Below are positions 1 to 7,950 of a stretch of DNA of 16,711 bases, in pieces. The notes under the pieces were generated by a model that was not told the DNA's origin, made no database searches, and worked only from the letters and a program-made list of their open reading frames with translations. Position 1 is the stretch's first letter, and each line of letters starts with the position of its first letter. Source of the DNA: Pedosphaera sp. GTDB taxonomy: Bacteria; Verrucomicrobiota; Verrucomicrobiia; Limisphaerales; SIBH01. The translations under genes and the position numbers were made by a program. The stretch spans positions 1-16,711 of the forward strand of contig JANOQV010000074.1 in the NCBI GenBank assembly GCA_031414955.1. Direction: 5' to 3'.

Positions 1-468
1 CACCAACTTGCCACTGAAGTTCGGGAAGATATTCGATGCGTTTTCCCAGCCTATGGCCATAACCAATCCCTGCACGATACAGAGGATGAGAGTCATATAC
101 CTGCCGTACTGGATGATCTTCGCTCGTCCGCCTTCTTCGCGCGCCAGCTTGGAGAGCTGCGGAATGACGGCGGTAAGCAATTGCAGAATGATGGTGGCGC
201 TGATGTAGGGCATGATGCCCAAGGCACCCAACGCGCAACGCTCGAGTGCGCCTCCGGTGAACATGCTGTACATGCCGAGCAAGTCGCCGCTTTCGGAACC
301 AGCATTATCCTTGAAATACTTTGCAAGAGCGGCGCCATCCAGACCCGGAATGGGGATCATGGCCACGACCCGGCAAATCGCCAGCACGATCAACGTAAAG
401 AAAATGCGGGACTTCAGCTCCGGAATCTTGAAGCAGTTGGCGAAGGTGGAGGCGATCTTTTTGAACAT
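1..468 (-). CDS. secY: Preprotein translocase subunit SecY, N-terminal part (runs off the window start)
   Basis: Not in the ORF track because it is open at the edge. Manual translation from ATG 468: MFKKIASTFANCFKIPELKSRIFFTLIVLAICRVVAMIPIPG...FTGGALERCALGALGIMPYISATIILQLL...GRAKIIQYGRYMT. These are SecY TM1-TM3 motifs, in the canonical position after rplO. Confidence 0.97.
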   Translation of the reverse strand, partial: MFKKIASTFANCFKIPELKSRIFFTLIVLAICRVVAMIPIPGLDGAALAKYFKDNAGSESGDLLGMYSMFTGGALERCALGALGIMPYISATIILQLLTAVIPQLSKLAREEGGRAKIIQYGRYMTLILCIVQGLVMAIGWENASNIFPNFSGKLV

Positions 469-484
469 GACAGCTCAGCTCGGG

Positions 485-940
485 TCAGGATTTTGCGCCG
501 ACGATCTCGCAAGTGCCGCCGACGGCCTCGATCTTCTGTTTGGCTACAGCGCTGAATTTGTGGGCCACCACGGTGAGCTTCTTCGTCAACTCTCCGTCCG
601 CCAGAATCTTGATGAGCTTGACCGGTCCATTGGCCAGTCCCGCCTGGCGCATAGCCTCGACATCAACGCGCGCGCCGCTCTCGAAAGCCTCGAGCGAGGA
701 CAAATTCACGGCTACATACGCCACTGTGTGGCGGGCGTTGTTGAAGCCGCGCTTGGGAATGCGGCGAATGAGCGGCATCTGACCGCCTTCAAATCCGATG
801 CGGATTGAGGACCCGGAGCGGGCCGTCTGGCCCTTTCCACCGCGGCCGGAAGTTTTGCCGTGGCCGCTGGATTCACCCTGGCCAAGACGCTTGCGGCGGT
901 GTTTGGCGCCGGGGCGTGGTTTCAAATCGTGCAAACGCAT
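485..940 (-). CDS. rplO: 50S ribosomal protein L15 (uL15)
   Basis: RLGQGESSGHGKTSGRGGKGQTARSG...GFEGGQMPLIRRIPKRGF motif; spc synteny. Confidence 0.98.
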   Translation of the reverse strand: MRLHDLKPRPGAKHRRKRLGQGESSGHGKTSGRGGKGQTARSGSSIRIGFEGGQMPLIRRIPKRGFNNARHTVAYVAVNLSSLEAFESGARVDVEAMRQAGLANGPVKLIKILADGELTKKLTVVAHKFSAVAKQKIEAVGGTCEIVGAKS

Positions 941-954
941 AATTACTCCAAAAG

Positions 955-1653
955 TTAGGCGGTGGCCGGAACGGCTTCCGCCGCCGGCTTCTCAGTCTTT
1001 TCCTTCAACGACAGGCCGCGTCCGCGATAGATGTCCTCGCGCAGACGAAGCATCTGCAATGCACCGAGGGTTGCCTTGACCACGTTGGCGGCGTTGTTCG
1101 ATCCAAGCGACTTACTCAGGACATCCTTGCAGCCGGCGGCTTCGAGTACGGCGCGAACTGTTTTACCTGCGATAATGCCAGTTCCAGGGGAAGCCGGTCG
1201 CAGAATAATCTTAGCTCCGCCGAAATCATAGTCGATTGGGTGGGGTAAGGTGACACCCTTGAGAGAGATGGAGACCATGGCATTGCGCGCAACTTCGCCC
1301 CCTTTGCGGATTGCTTCTGCTACTTCCACGGCCTTGCCCAAACCGATGCCCACACGACCCTTCTTGTCTCCCACCACCACGAGGGCACTGAAACTAAAAC
1401 GGCGCCCTCCTTTCACGACTTTTGCGGAGCGATTGATGAAGACAACCTTCTCCACCATTTCGTTCAGTGGCTTGCCATCAGCACCCAGTGGGCCCTGGTC
1501 GGAACGCGGGCCGCGCGGACCGCGACCACGACCGCCGGGTCCGCGACCACGCCCGCCGCCGCCGCCGAATCCACCACCACCACCAAAGCCGCCAAAGCTG
1601 GCGCTGCTGGCTCCGGTCCCGCCGCCCGCTGGATTTTGATTTTCTTCTGCCAC
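955..1653 (-). CDS. rpsE: 30S ribosomal protein S5 (uS5) with Gly/Arg-rich N-terminal extension
   Basis: EKVVFINRSAKVVKGGRRFSFSALVVVGD...PASPGTGIIAG...SKSLGSNN. Start placed at GTG 1653 because AAGGAG lies at 1664-1669; the ORF-track start at 1704 overlaps rplR. Confidence 0.97.
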   Translation of the reverse strand: MAEENQNPAGGGTGASSASFGGFGGGGGFGGGGGRGRGPGGRGRGPRGPRSDQGPLGADGKPLNEMVEKVVFINRSAKVVKGGRRFSFSALVVVGDKKGRVGIGLGKAVEVAEAIRKGGEVARNAMVSISLKGVTLPHPIDYDFGGAKIILRPASPGTGIIAGKTVRAVLEAAGCKDVLSKSLGSNNAANVVKATLGALQMLRLREDIYRGRGLSLKEKTEKPAAEAVPATA

Positions 1654-1672
1654 AGTCGTCGTTCTCCTTGAA

Positions 1673-2032
1673 TTAGAATTGCAAACCGGCTTCACGCGCG
1701 GCATCCGCCAGCGCCTTGATCTTCCCGTGATAACGGGTGCCGGCCCGGTCGAAAATGACCGCCTTGATGCCCTTGCCCTGCGCCGCCTCGGCCGCCGTCT
1801 TGCCGATCAAGACCGCGCTCTTCACGTTCGCGCCGAGATTGTCTGGTGCGGCCTTGTGCATGGTCGATGCGCTGGCCAAGGTGGCACCCGCGGCATCGTC
1901 GATGAACTGCACGTAGATATGAGTGTTGCTGAAAGTCGCCACCATGCGCGGACGTTCCTTGGTGCCGGCCAGCTTCTTGCGAATGCGGAACCTGCGCAAC
2001 TGCTTCAGACGTTTCTTCTTTTGCGGAGTCAT
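1673..2032 (-). CDS. rplR: 50S ribosomal protein L18 (uL18)
   Basis: GTKERPR...HIYVQFIDD...VIFDRAGTRYHGKIKALADAAREAGLQF. Confidence 0.98.
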   Translation of the reverse strand: MTPQKKKRLKQLRRFRIRKKLAGTKERPRMVATFSNTHIYVQFIDDAAGATLASASTMHKAAPDNLGANVKSAVLIGKTAAEAAQGKGIKAVIFDRAGTRYHGKIKALADAAREAGLQF

Positions 2033-2070
2033 ATTTTTCAGGTCACGGACGGGGCCGTGGTGCCATTAAA

Positions 2071-2607
2071 TTACTGGACGGTCTTGCCTTCCTTGCGCTC
2101 GATGCGCTCATCAGAGTACTTGACGCCCTTGCCCTTGTACGGCTCGGGCGGATAATACGCGCGGATTTCGGCGGCCACCTGCCCCACGACCTGCTTGCTC
2201 GGGCCTTCGATGGTGATCTTCGTGTTCTCTTCCACCGTCACCTTGATTTGCTCCGGAATGTCATAGTTGATTGGGTGCGAGTATCCGAGGCTCAGGTTGA
2301 CCACCTTGCCCTGCACGGCGGCCTTGAAGCCGACTCCGTTGATCTCGAGCTTCTTGAAGTAGCCCTCGCTCACGCCCTTGACCAGATTGTTCAGAAGCGC
2401 GCGGCCCAGGCCGTGCATGGCCCGAGCCTCAGCATCATCACCCTGGCGGCTCACCGTAATAGTCGATCCCTCGATCTTCACGGCGGTGCGGCGGGGAAGC
2501 TCCATATCGAGCTTTCCTTTCGGACCTTCGACAAAGACCCGCGTGCCTTTCACGTCCACCTTGACCTGGGCCGGAATCGCGATGGGCTGTTTTCCAATTC
2601 GTGACAT
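2071..2607 (-). CDS. rplF: 50S ribosomal protein L6 (uL6)
   Basis: MSRIGKQPI...GPKG...LSLGYSHP...[12 protein letters not shown]. Confidence 0.98.
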   Translation of the reverse strand: MSRIGKQPIAIPAQVKVDVKGTRVFVEGPKGKLDMELPRRTAVKIEGSTITVSRQGDDAEARAMHGLGRALLNNLVKGVSEGYFKKLEINGVGFKAAVQGKVVNLSLGYSHPINYDIPEQIKVTVEENTKITIEGPSKQVVGQVAAEIRAYYPPEPYKGKGVKYSDERIERKEGKTVQ

Positions 2608-2625
2608 AAATTCAGCAGTTGACCG

Positions 2626-3012
2626 TTACCAGACGTAGCAGACGAGTTCGCCGCCCACGTTCTTCTTGCGCGCGTCCTGCCCGCTCATGACACCCTGCGG
2701 AGTCGAGATGATGGCAATGCCCAGACCGCCGCGCACCCGCGGAATCTCGGTCGCACCCACGTAACGGCGCAGGCCCGGCGTGCTGATGCGGCGGAGGCCG
2801 TCGATCACACCCTTCTTGCCGGTGTATTTCAGCTTGAGCTTGAGCGTCTTGACCGCCTTGCCCTCGACCGCCACCTCGCTTATGTAGCCTTCCTTTTTGA
2901 GGATGTGGGCGATGTCGGTCTTGATCCGCGAATGCGGCAACTCAATCATGGGCAAAAGCGCCATGTGAGCATTGCGAATTCGCGCCAGCATGTCTGAAAT
3001 CGGGTCTGTCAT
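2626..3012 (-). CDS. rpsH: 30S ribosomal protein S8 (uS8)
   Basis: MTDPISDMLARIRNA...RISTPGLRRY...GLGIAIISTPQGVM...GGELVCYVW; GAGGT SD upstream. Confidence 0.98.
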   Translation of the reverse strand: MTDPISDMLARIRNAHMALLPMIELPHSRIKTDIAHILKKEGYISEVAVEGKAVKTLKLKLKYTGKKGVIDGLRRISTPGLRRYVGATEIPRVRGGLGIAIISTPQGVMSGQDARKKNVGGELVCYVW

Positions 3013-3049
3013 TGTTACCTCGTAATCGTGTTCGTGGTCCGGTTCGCCA

Positions 3050-3319
3050 TTACCAACTGGCCTTGGTCACCCCGGGAATCAACCCGTTGAGCGCCCCCTC
3101 GCGGAAGGTCATGCGCGACGCCGCGAACTTCCGCAGATAGCCGTGACGTCGTCCGCTCATCGAGCAGCGGTTCACCACCCGGGTCGGGCTGGCGTTGCGC
3201 GGCAGCTTGGAGAGCGCGGCGTAATCGCCCTTGGCCTTCAACTCGGCCCGGAGCGCGGCGTACTTCTTCACCGTGTCGCTTTTTTTCTTGTTCCGTTCCA
3301 ACCAGGCTTTCTTTGCCAT
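3050..3319 (-). CDS. rpsN: 30S ribosomal protein S14 (uS14), 89-aa zinc-independent (C-) type
   Basis: [20 protein letters not shown]...SRMTFRE...IPGVTKASW; only one of the four Zn-ribbon cysteines is retained. Confidence 0.97.
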   Translation of the reverse strand: MAKKAWLERNKKKSDTVKKYAALRAELKAKGDYAALSKLPRNASPTRVVNRCSMSGRRHGYLRKFAASRMTFREGALNGLIPGVTKASW

Positions 3320-3331
3320 AAAAATTTTCTA

Positions 3332-3874
3332 TTACTTCTCCGCGAAGGGCATGCCCATCGCCTTGAGCAGGTCAAGTGCTTCGTCGTTCGTTTGCGCCGA
3401 GGTCACAATCGTGATGTCCATGCCCTGCTGGCGCTTCACCTTTTCCAGTTCGATCTCGGGAAACACCGACTGATCCGCCAGACCGAGCGAGTAATTGCCC
3501 CGCCCGTCGAACGACCGGGGCGAAATGCCGCGGAAGTCGCGGATGCGCGGCAACGTGGCCGCCACCAGGCGGTCCAGAAATTCATACATGGCATCCCGGC
3601 GCAGGGTGACGCGGCAGCCGATCGGCGTGTTGGTGCGCAGCTTGAAATTCGCGATGTCGTGCCGCGATTTGCTGATGGCCGGCTTGCGTCCGGTGATGGC
3701 GGACAGATCCTTGGTCGCATCCTCCATGGCCCCTTTCTCCGCCGAGGAACTGATGCCCATGTTAACGATGATCTTTTCCAGCTTCGGAATCTGATGGTCG
3801 TTCGTGTAGCCACGCTTCTGCTTGAGCGCTGGCTTCACTTCGTTCACGTACTTCTCGTAGAGTCTTGCTTTCAT
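3332..3874 (-). CDS. rplE: 50S ribosomal protein L5 (uL5)
   Basis: IPKLEKIIVNMG...IANFKLR...PIGCRVTLR...LPRIRDFRG...FDGRGNYSLG...FPEI. Confidence 0.98.
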   Translation of the reverse strand: MKARLYEKYVNEVKPALKQKRGYTNDHQIPKLEKIIVNMGISSSAEKGAMEDATKDLSAITGRKPAISKSRHDIANFKLRTNTPIGCRVTLRRDAMYEFLDRLVAATLPRIRDFRGISPRSFDGRGNYSLGLADQSVFPEIELEKVKRQQGMDITIVTSAQTNDEALDLLKAMGMPFAEK

Positions 3875-3917
3875 GTTTCGATCGCCCCCGGGTTTTGCCG
3901 GAGGCAGTAAATTCTTC

Positions 3918-4193
3918 TCAGGCTGCGGCCGGTTCAGCCTTCACGCGCTTCTTACTGGCCTCGAACACGTCGGTCTTCATCACGTTCGAGATGTGAACGG
4001 TGCCCTCCCGCTCGATGATGGCACCGTTGGGATTCTGTTGGTTCTTCTTAACGTGGCGCTTGATCATGCAGGCACCTTCGACAATCACCCGGCTCTTGCC
4101 GCTCTGGATCTCAATGATCTTGCCGCGCTTGCCCTTGCTTGATCCGGCGATGATGACCACTTCGTCGCCCTTCTTGACGTGAAATTTCTGCAT
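3918..4193 (-). CDS. rplX: 50S ribosomal protein L24 (uL24), short C-terminus
   Basis: KOW motif VKKGDEVVIIAGSSKGKRG...VIVEG...IIEREGTVHISNV. Confidence 0.96.
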   Translation of the reverse strand: MQKFHVKKGDEVVIIAGSSKGKRGKIIEIQSGKSRVIVEGACMIKRHVKKNQQNPNGAIIEREGTVHISNVMKTDVFEASKKRVKAEPAAA

Positions 4194-4195
4194 AC

Positions 4196-4561
4196 TCAGA
4201 TGACCTCCGGCGCGAGAGAGATGATTTTCATGAACTTCTTTTCGCGCAGCTCGCGAGCCACGGGACCGAAGATGCGCGTGCCACGCGGATTGTTTTCCTT
4301 GTCGATGATGACAATGGCGTTGGAATCGAAACGCAGATACGAGCCGTCGTTGCGGCGGATGATCTGCCGGGTACGAACCACCACCGCATCCACCACTTCA
4401 CCCTTCTTGACCGTGCCGTCTGGGGCGGCTTCCTTGATGTGGGCCTTGATGACGTCGCCGATACCCGCGTAGCGCTGGTTGCGCCCCAAGACGCCGATGG
4501 TCGCGGCACGCTTGGCACCGGTGTTGTCGGCCACATCCAGAATTGAACGAATCTGCAGCAT
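4196..4561 (-). CDS. rplN: 50S ribosomal protein L14 (uL14)
   Basis: VADNTGAK...[14 protein letters not shown]...FDSNAIVII...[15 protein letters not shown]...SLAPEVI. Confidence 0.98.
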   Translation of the reverse strand: MLQIRSILDVADNTGAKRAATIGVLGRNQRYAGIGDVIKAHIKEAAPDGTVKKGEVVDAVVVRTRQIIRRNDGSYLRFDSNAIVIIDKENNPRGTRIFGPVARELREKKFMKIISLAPEVI

Positions 4562-4573
4562 AACTTTAAATCC

Positions 4574-4885
4574 TTACTTAGCTTCGGCGGCCACGGGAGC
4601 GATTTGCTCACCGCGCTCGACCACTTCCACCAGGCGCCACCGCTTGAGCTTCGAGAGCGGCCGGGTCTCCTGAATGAGCACGCGATCACCGGCCTTGGCT
4701 TCGCACTTCTCGTCGTGCGCGTAAAACTTCGTAAAGGCCGTCACGACCTTGCGATACTTGGGGTGCGGGAAACGGCGCTCCACGCGCACCACTATGGTCT
4801 TGGCCATCTTGGCTGAGATGACCTCGCCGACGCGCTCCTTGCGGTTGCCGCGCTTCTCCACTGTATTTTCAACGTTCTCAGACAT
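4574..4885 (-). CDS. rpsQ: 30S ribosomal protein S17 (uS17)
   Basis: [17 protein letters not shown]...HPKYRK...AHDE...[18 protein letters not shown]. Confidence 0.98.
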   Translation of the reverse strand: MSENVENTVEKRGNRKERVGEVISAKMAKTIVVRVERRFPHPKYRKVVTAFTKFYAHDEKCEAKAGDRVLIQETRPLSKLKRWRLVEVVERGEQIAPVAAEAK

Positions 4886-4896
4886 AGGCAGATGAA

Positions 4897-5106
4897 TCAG
4901 GCGGCTTTGGCTGTTTCCTTGTTCCGCAGTTCGGAAATTTTGGTCTCGATTCGCGCGATGTCGCGACGAATGGTGTTCAGGCGGGCGGGCTTCTCCAACT
5001 GGCTGCTGGCCTGCTGGAGGCGCAGGTTAAAAATCTCCAGGCGAAGATCGCGGCTCTTGGCCGTCAATTCCTGCGCCGTCATGTCTTTCAATTCGGTGTA
5101 CTTCAT
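4897..5106 (-). CDS. rpmC: 50S ribosomal protein L29 (uL29)
   Basis: EIFNLRLQ...QLEKPARL...RRDIARIET; sits between rplP and rpsQ. Confidence 0.96.
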   Translation of the reverse strand: MKYTELKDMTAQELTAKSRDLRLEIFNLRLQQASSQLEKPARLNTIRRDIARIETKISELRNKETAKAA

Positions 5107-5112
5107 ACGCGC

Positions 5113-5532
5113 TTAGCCCAGATGGTGACGGGAGATGAACTTGGTGCGGATCGGCAGCTTGGTTGCCGCCAGCCGCAACGACTCGCGCGCCATGGCAATC
5201 GGCACCCCGTCCACTTCAAACAAAACATTCGCCGGGCGAATCACGGCCACCCAGGATTCCAGCGGTCCCTTGCCCTTGCCCATTCGAGTTTCCAAGGGCT
5301 TCTTGGTGTAGGACTTCTGGGGGAAGATGCGAATCCACATCTTGCCACGACGCTTCATGTTGCGGTTGATGGCCACACGGGCGGCCTCGATTTGCTTGGT
5401 GTCGAGCCAGCAACGCTCCAACGACATCAGGCCGTACTCGCCGAACGCGACGGTGTTCCCGCGCGATGCGATCCCGGCGCGATTGCCGCGGTGCATCTTG
5501 CGGTACTTCACTCTTGCGGGCATCAATGGCAT
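5113..5532 (-). CDS. rplP: 50S ribosomal protein L16 (uL16)
   Basis: [14 protein letters not shown]...QIEAARVA...WIRIFP...TRMGKGKG...KLPI. Confidence 0.98.
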   Translation of the reverse strand: MPLMPARVKYRKMHRGNRAGIASRGNTVAFGEYGLMSLERCWLDTKQIEAARVAINRNMKRRGKMWIRIFPQKSYTKKPLETRMGKGKGPLESWVAVIRPANVLFEVDGVPIAMARESLRLAATKLPIRTKFISRHHLG

Positions 5533-5561
5533 AAAATCCTCTTCTTACTTGAAAGTTGTTA

Positions 5562-6263
5562 TCAGGCCGCAGGCTGGACCGCCGGAGCCGCCGACTCAAT
5601 CGGACGTGCCACAGGGCGTTCCTGCCGCTGTTCCTTCTTGGTCGCCTCGCCTTTGCAAATCCAGCACTTGATGCCGAGCTTGCCGTAAATCGTCTTGGCC
5701 TCGGCGAAACCGTAATCAATGTTCGCGCGCAGGGTGTGCAGCGGCACCCGCCCTTGCATGTACTGCTCGACTCGGGCGATTTCCGCGCCACCCAGGCGTC
5801 CGGCGCAACGAATCTTGATGCCTTCCGCGCCAAAATCCATGGCCGTCTGGATGGACTTCTTCATCGCCCGCCGGAAGGCCACGCGACGCTCCAACTGGAG
5901 GGCGACGTTCTCGGCCACCAACTGGGCATCGGTCTCAGGAGATTTCACTTCCTGGATGTCCACGTAGATTTCCTTGCCCGTCATCTTGCTCAAGTCTTCC
6001 TTGATCTTGTCGATCTCGGTGCCCTTGCGGCCAATGACCACGCCGGGACGGGCGGTGAGAATGGTGATGCGGCAGCGGTTGGCCGCGCGCTCGATCAAAA
6101 TCTTCGGCACGGACGCCAGTTCGAGCTTCTTCTTCAAGATTTCCCGGATGGTCCGGTCCTCGGTGAGCAGGCGTCCGAAGTCTTTTTTCTGTGCGTACCA
6201 CTTCGATCGCCAGTCCTTGGTGACCGCCATGCGCAAACCGATTGGATTGGTTTTTTGACCCAT
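5562..6263 (-). CDS. rpsC: 30S ribosomal protein S3 (uS3)
   Basis: [11 protein letters not shown]...[11 protein letters not shown] (KH domain)...[10 protein letters not shown]...[15 protein letters not shown]. Confidence 0.98.
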   Translation of the reverse strand: MGQKTNPIGLRMAVTKDWRSKWYAQKKDFGRLLTEDRTIREILKKKLELASVPKILIERAANRCRITILTARPGVVIGRKGTEIDKIKEDLSKMTGKEIYVDIQEVKSPETDAQLVAENVALQLERRVAFRRAMKKSIQTAMDFGAEGIKIRCAGRLGGAEIARVEQYMQGRVPLHTLRANIDYGFAEAKTIYGKLGIKCWICKGEATKKEQRQERPVARPIESAAPAVQPAA

Positions 6264-6266
6264 AAC

Positions 6267-6599
6267 TTACTCGTCGGAAACTACGATTTTGACGTGGCAA
6301 CTGCGCTTGAGGATCGGGCCGGCCGAACCACGCGCTTTGGGGGTGAAACGCTTCAGTGTCGAAGCGGTTTGGGCCACGGCCTCTTTCACCTTCAAAGACT
6401 CAGGCTTCACGCCGTTATTGTTTTCCGCATTGGCGATGGCCGACTGGAGGGTCTTGGCCACGACGCGGGCGGACTTGCGCGGCACCACGGCCAGAACGGC
6501 CTGGGCATGCAACGCGGAGAGGCCCTGGATTTGGCGCACCATCTCGCGCATCTTCTGCGCGGACATGCGAACGTTCTTGGTGATGGCTTGAACCTGCAT
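6267..6599 (-). CDS. rplV: 50S ribosomal protein L22 (uL22)
   Basis: VRMSAQKMR...SAIANAENN...LKRFTPKARG...ILKRSCHVKIVV. Confidence 0.97.
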   Translation of the reverse strand: MQVQAITKNVRMSAQKMREMVRQIQGLSALHAQAVLAVVPRKSARVVAKTLQSAIANAENNNGVKPESLKVKEAVAQTASTLKRFTPKARGSAGPILKRSCHVKIVVSDE

Positions 6600-6601
6600 G
6601 A

Positions 6602-6883
6602 CTATTTCGCCTCCGCTTTCGCCGTGTGCGCGCCGTGCTTCTTAAAGGTGCGCGTCAGTGAGAATTCTCCGAGCCGGTGGCCAACCATGTTTTCGGTCAC
6701 GAACACCGGGTTAAAAATCTTGCCGTTATGCACGGCGAAAGTCAGCCCCACGAAATCGGGCGTGATCATTGAGCGGCGCGACCACGTCTTGATCGGCGCC
6801 TTGGATTTGGAGTCCTTGGCCTTGACGATCTTCTCCATCAAGTGGCCATCGACAAACGGACCTTTTTTAATCGAACGTCCCAT
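6602..6883 (-). CDS. rpsS: 30S ribosomal protein S19 (uS19)
   Basis: [12 protein letters not shown]...[12 protein letters not shown]...VHNGK...[15 protein letters not shown]. Confidence 0.98.
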   Translation of the reverse strand: MGRSIKKGPFVDGHLMEKIVKAKDSKSKAPIKTWSRRSMITPDFVGLTFAVHNGKIFNPVFVTENMVGHRLGEFSLTRTFKKHGAHTAKAEAK

Positions 6884-6896
6884 ATTTCAAAAAATT

Positions 6897-7751
6897 CTAG
6901 CGTGACTTCAAAGGCTTCCCATCGCGGCGCACGATGATGAACCGGTTGGAATACTTGCTCTTGACGCGGGTGCGAAGGCCCTTGGCCTGCAAACCCCACG
7001 GCGAGGTGAGCTGCTGCCAGCCTCCGCCAGATTTGGACTTGCCCTGACCGCCGCCATTCGGATGGTCAACCGGGTTGCGCGCCACACCACGGCTGATTGG
7101 CCGGATTCCGCGATGCCGGGATCTCCCAGCCTTGCCAAGCACAACATTTTCGTGTTCAGCGTTCCCCACCTGCCCGATGGTCGCGCTACAATCTTCCTGC
7201 ACGCGACGAATTTCTCCCGAGGGCAAACGAATCTGCGCATACCCCTCATCGCGCGACATCAGCGTCGCGGACGAACCGGCGCTGCGAACGATCTGACCGC
7301 CCTTGCCGGCGTGAAGCTCGATGTTGTGAATCGCGATGCCTACTGGAATCACCTTGAGCGGAAGACAGTTTCCCAGGTCAGGAGCCGCCGTCGGGCCGCT
7401 CATGATTTTTGCGCCCACCTGAAGCCCGGCGGGAGCGATGATGTAAGCCTTCTCGCCATCGGTGTACTGGACAAGCGCCAGGCGCGCAGTGCGAATCGGA
7501 TCATACTCGATGGCGGAAACCGTAGCCTCGACACCATGCTTGTTGCGCTTGAAATCAACGATGCGAAGTTTCTGCTTGTGACCGCCACCGATCCCGCGAG
7601 CCGTCGCGCGTCCGTAATGATTACGGCCACCCGACTTCTTGCGAATCTCAACGAGGCTCTTCTCGGGCTTCGTCTTCGTGATCTCGTCGTACGACGCGAT
7701 AGTGATATATCGCGTCGACGGCGTCAGCGGTCGAAATGTCTTCACTGGCAT
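6897..7751 (-). CDS. rplB: 50S ribosomal protein L2 (uL2)
   Basis: GGRN..GR...GGGHK...IEYDP...IHNIEL..GKGGQIVRSAG...LPSGE...GKAGRSR...NPVDHPNGGG...SPWG. Confidence 0.98.
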   Translation of the reverse strand: MPVKTFRPLTPSTRYITIASYDEITKTKPEKSLVEIRKKSGGRNHYGRATARGIGGGHKQKLRIVDFKRNKHGVEATVSAIEYDPIRTARLALVQYTDGEKAYIIAPAGLQVGAKIMSGPTAAPDLGNCLPLKVIPVGIAIHNIELHAGKGGQIVRSAGSSATLMSRDEGYAQIRLPSGEIRRVQEDCSATIGQVGNAEHENVVLGKAGRSRHRGIRPISRGVARNPVDHPNGGGQGKSKSGGGWQQLTSPWGLQAKGLRTRVKSKYSNRFIIVRRDGKPLKSR

Positions 7752-7869
7752 AAAATTACCTTACCAAGTCCCAGCCTGGAGCAGTCAGACCATTAATCCT
7801 GCGCCCAGTCGGGTCGTCAGTTATCGGCCTGCCGATTAAGTGCTGTCCTTGCCGGATTTCCGGAAAGGA
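7752..7869 (-). promoter_or_regulatory. Structured 5' leader of the rplB-led operon (candidate r-protein leader)
   Basis: Hairpins read by eye at 7846-7869, 7823-7836 and 7799-7820, plus a UUAAUC/GAUUAA pairing (7834-7839 with 7793-7798). Function is inferred from position only. Confidence 0.5.
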
Positions 7870-7950
7870 GCGCGGACTATATCAATCGATTTTTGGGGCG
7901 CAACAAGTTTTTCCTCTTCTCTGAAGATATTTTTTGTGTGTAATGAATTC
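7870..7950 (-). promoter_or_regulatory. Sigma70 promoter for the rplB operon, stringent type
   Basis: -35 TTGCGC (7903-7898), 16-nt spacer, extended -10 TGaTATAGT (7884-7876), GC discriminator CCGCGC, and an AT-rich UP-like tract at about 7905-7950. Confidence 0.75.

Noticed and set aside
1654..1704. ORF-track N-terminus of rpsE (MPRVKPVC...)
   Set aside because: Overlaps the rplR 3' end; the SD supports GTG 1653.
5556..6905. Long + strand ORFs opposite real genes (449 aa here; also 3143-3910, 7062-7796, 9142-10293, 10833-12194, 13059-14147)
   Set aside because: Antisense shadows of GC-rich genes with strong codon bias; no recognisable motifs.
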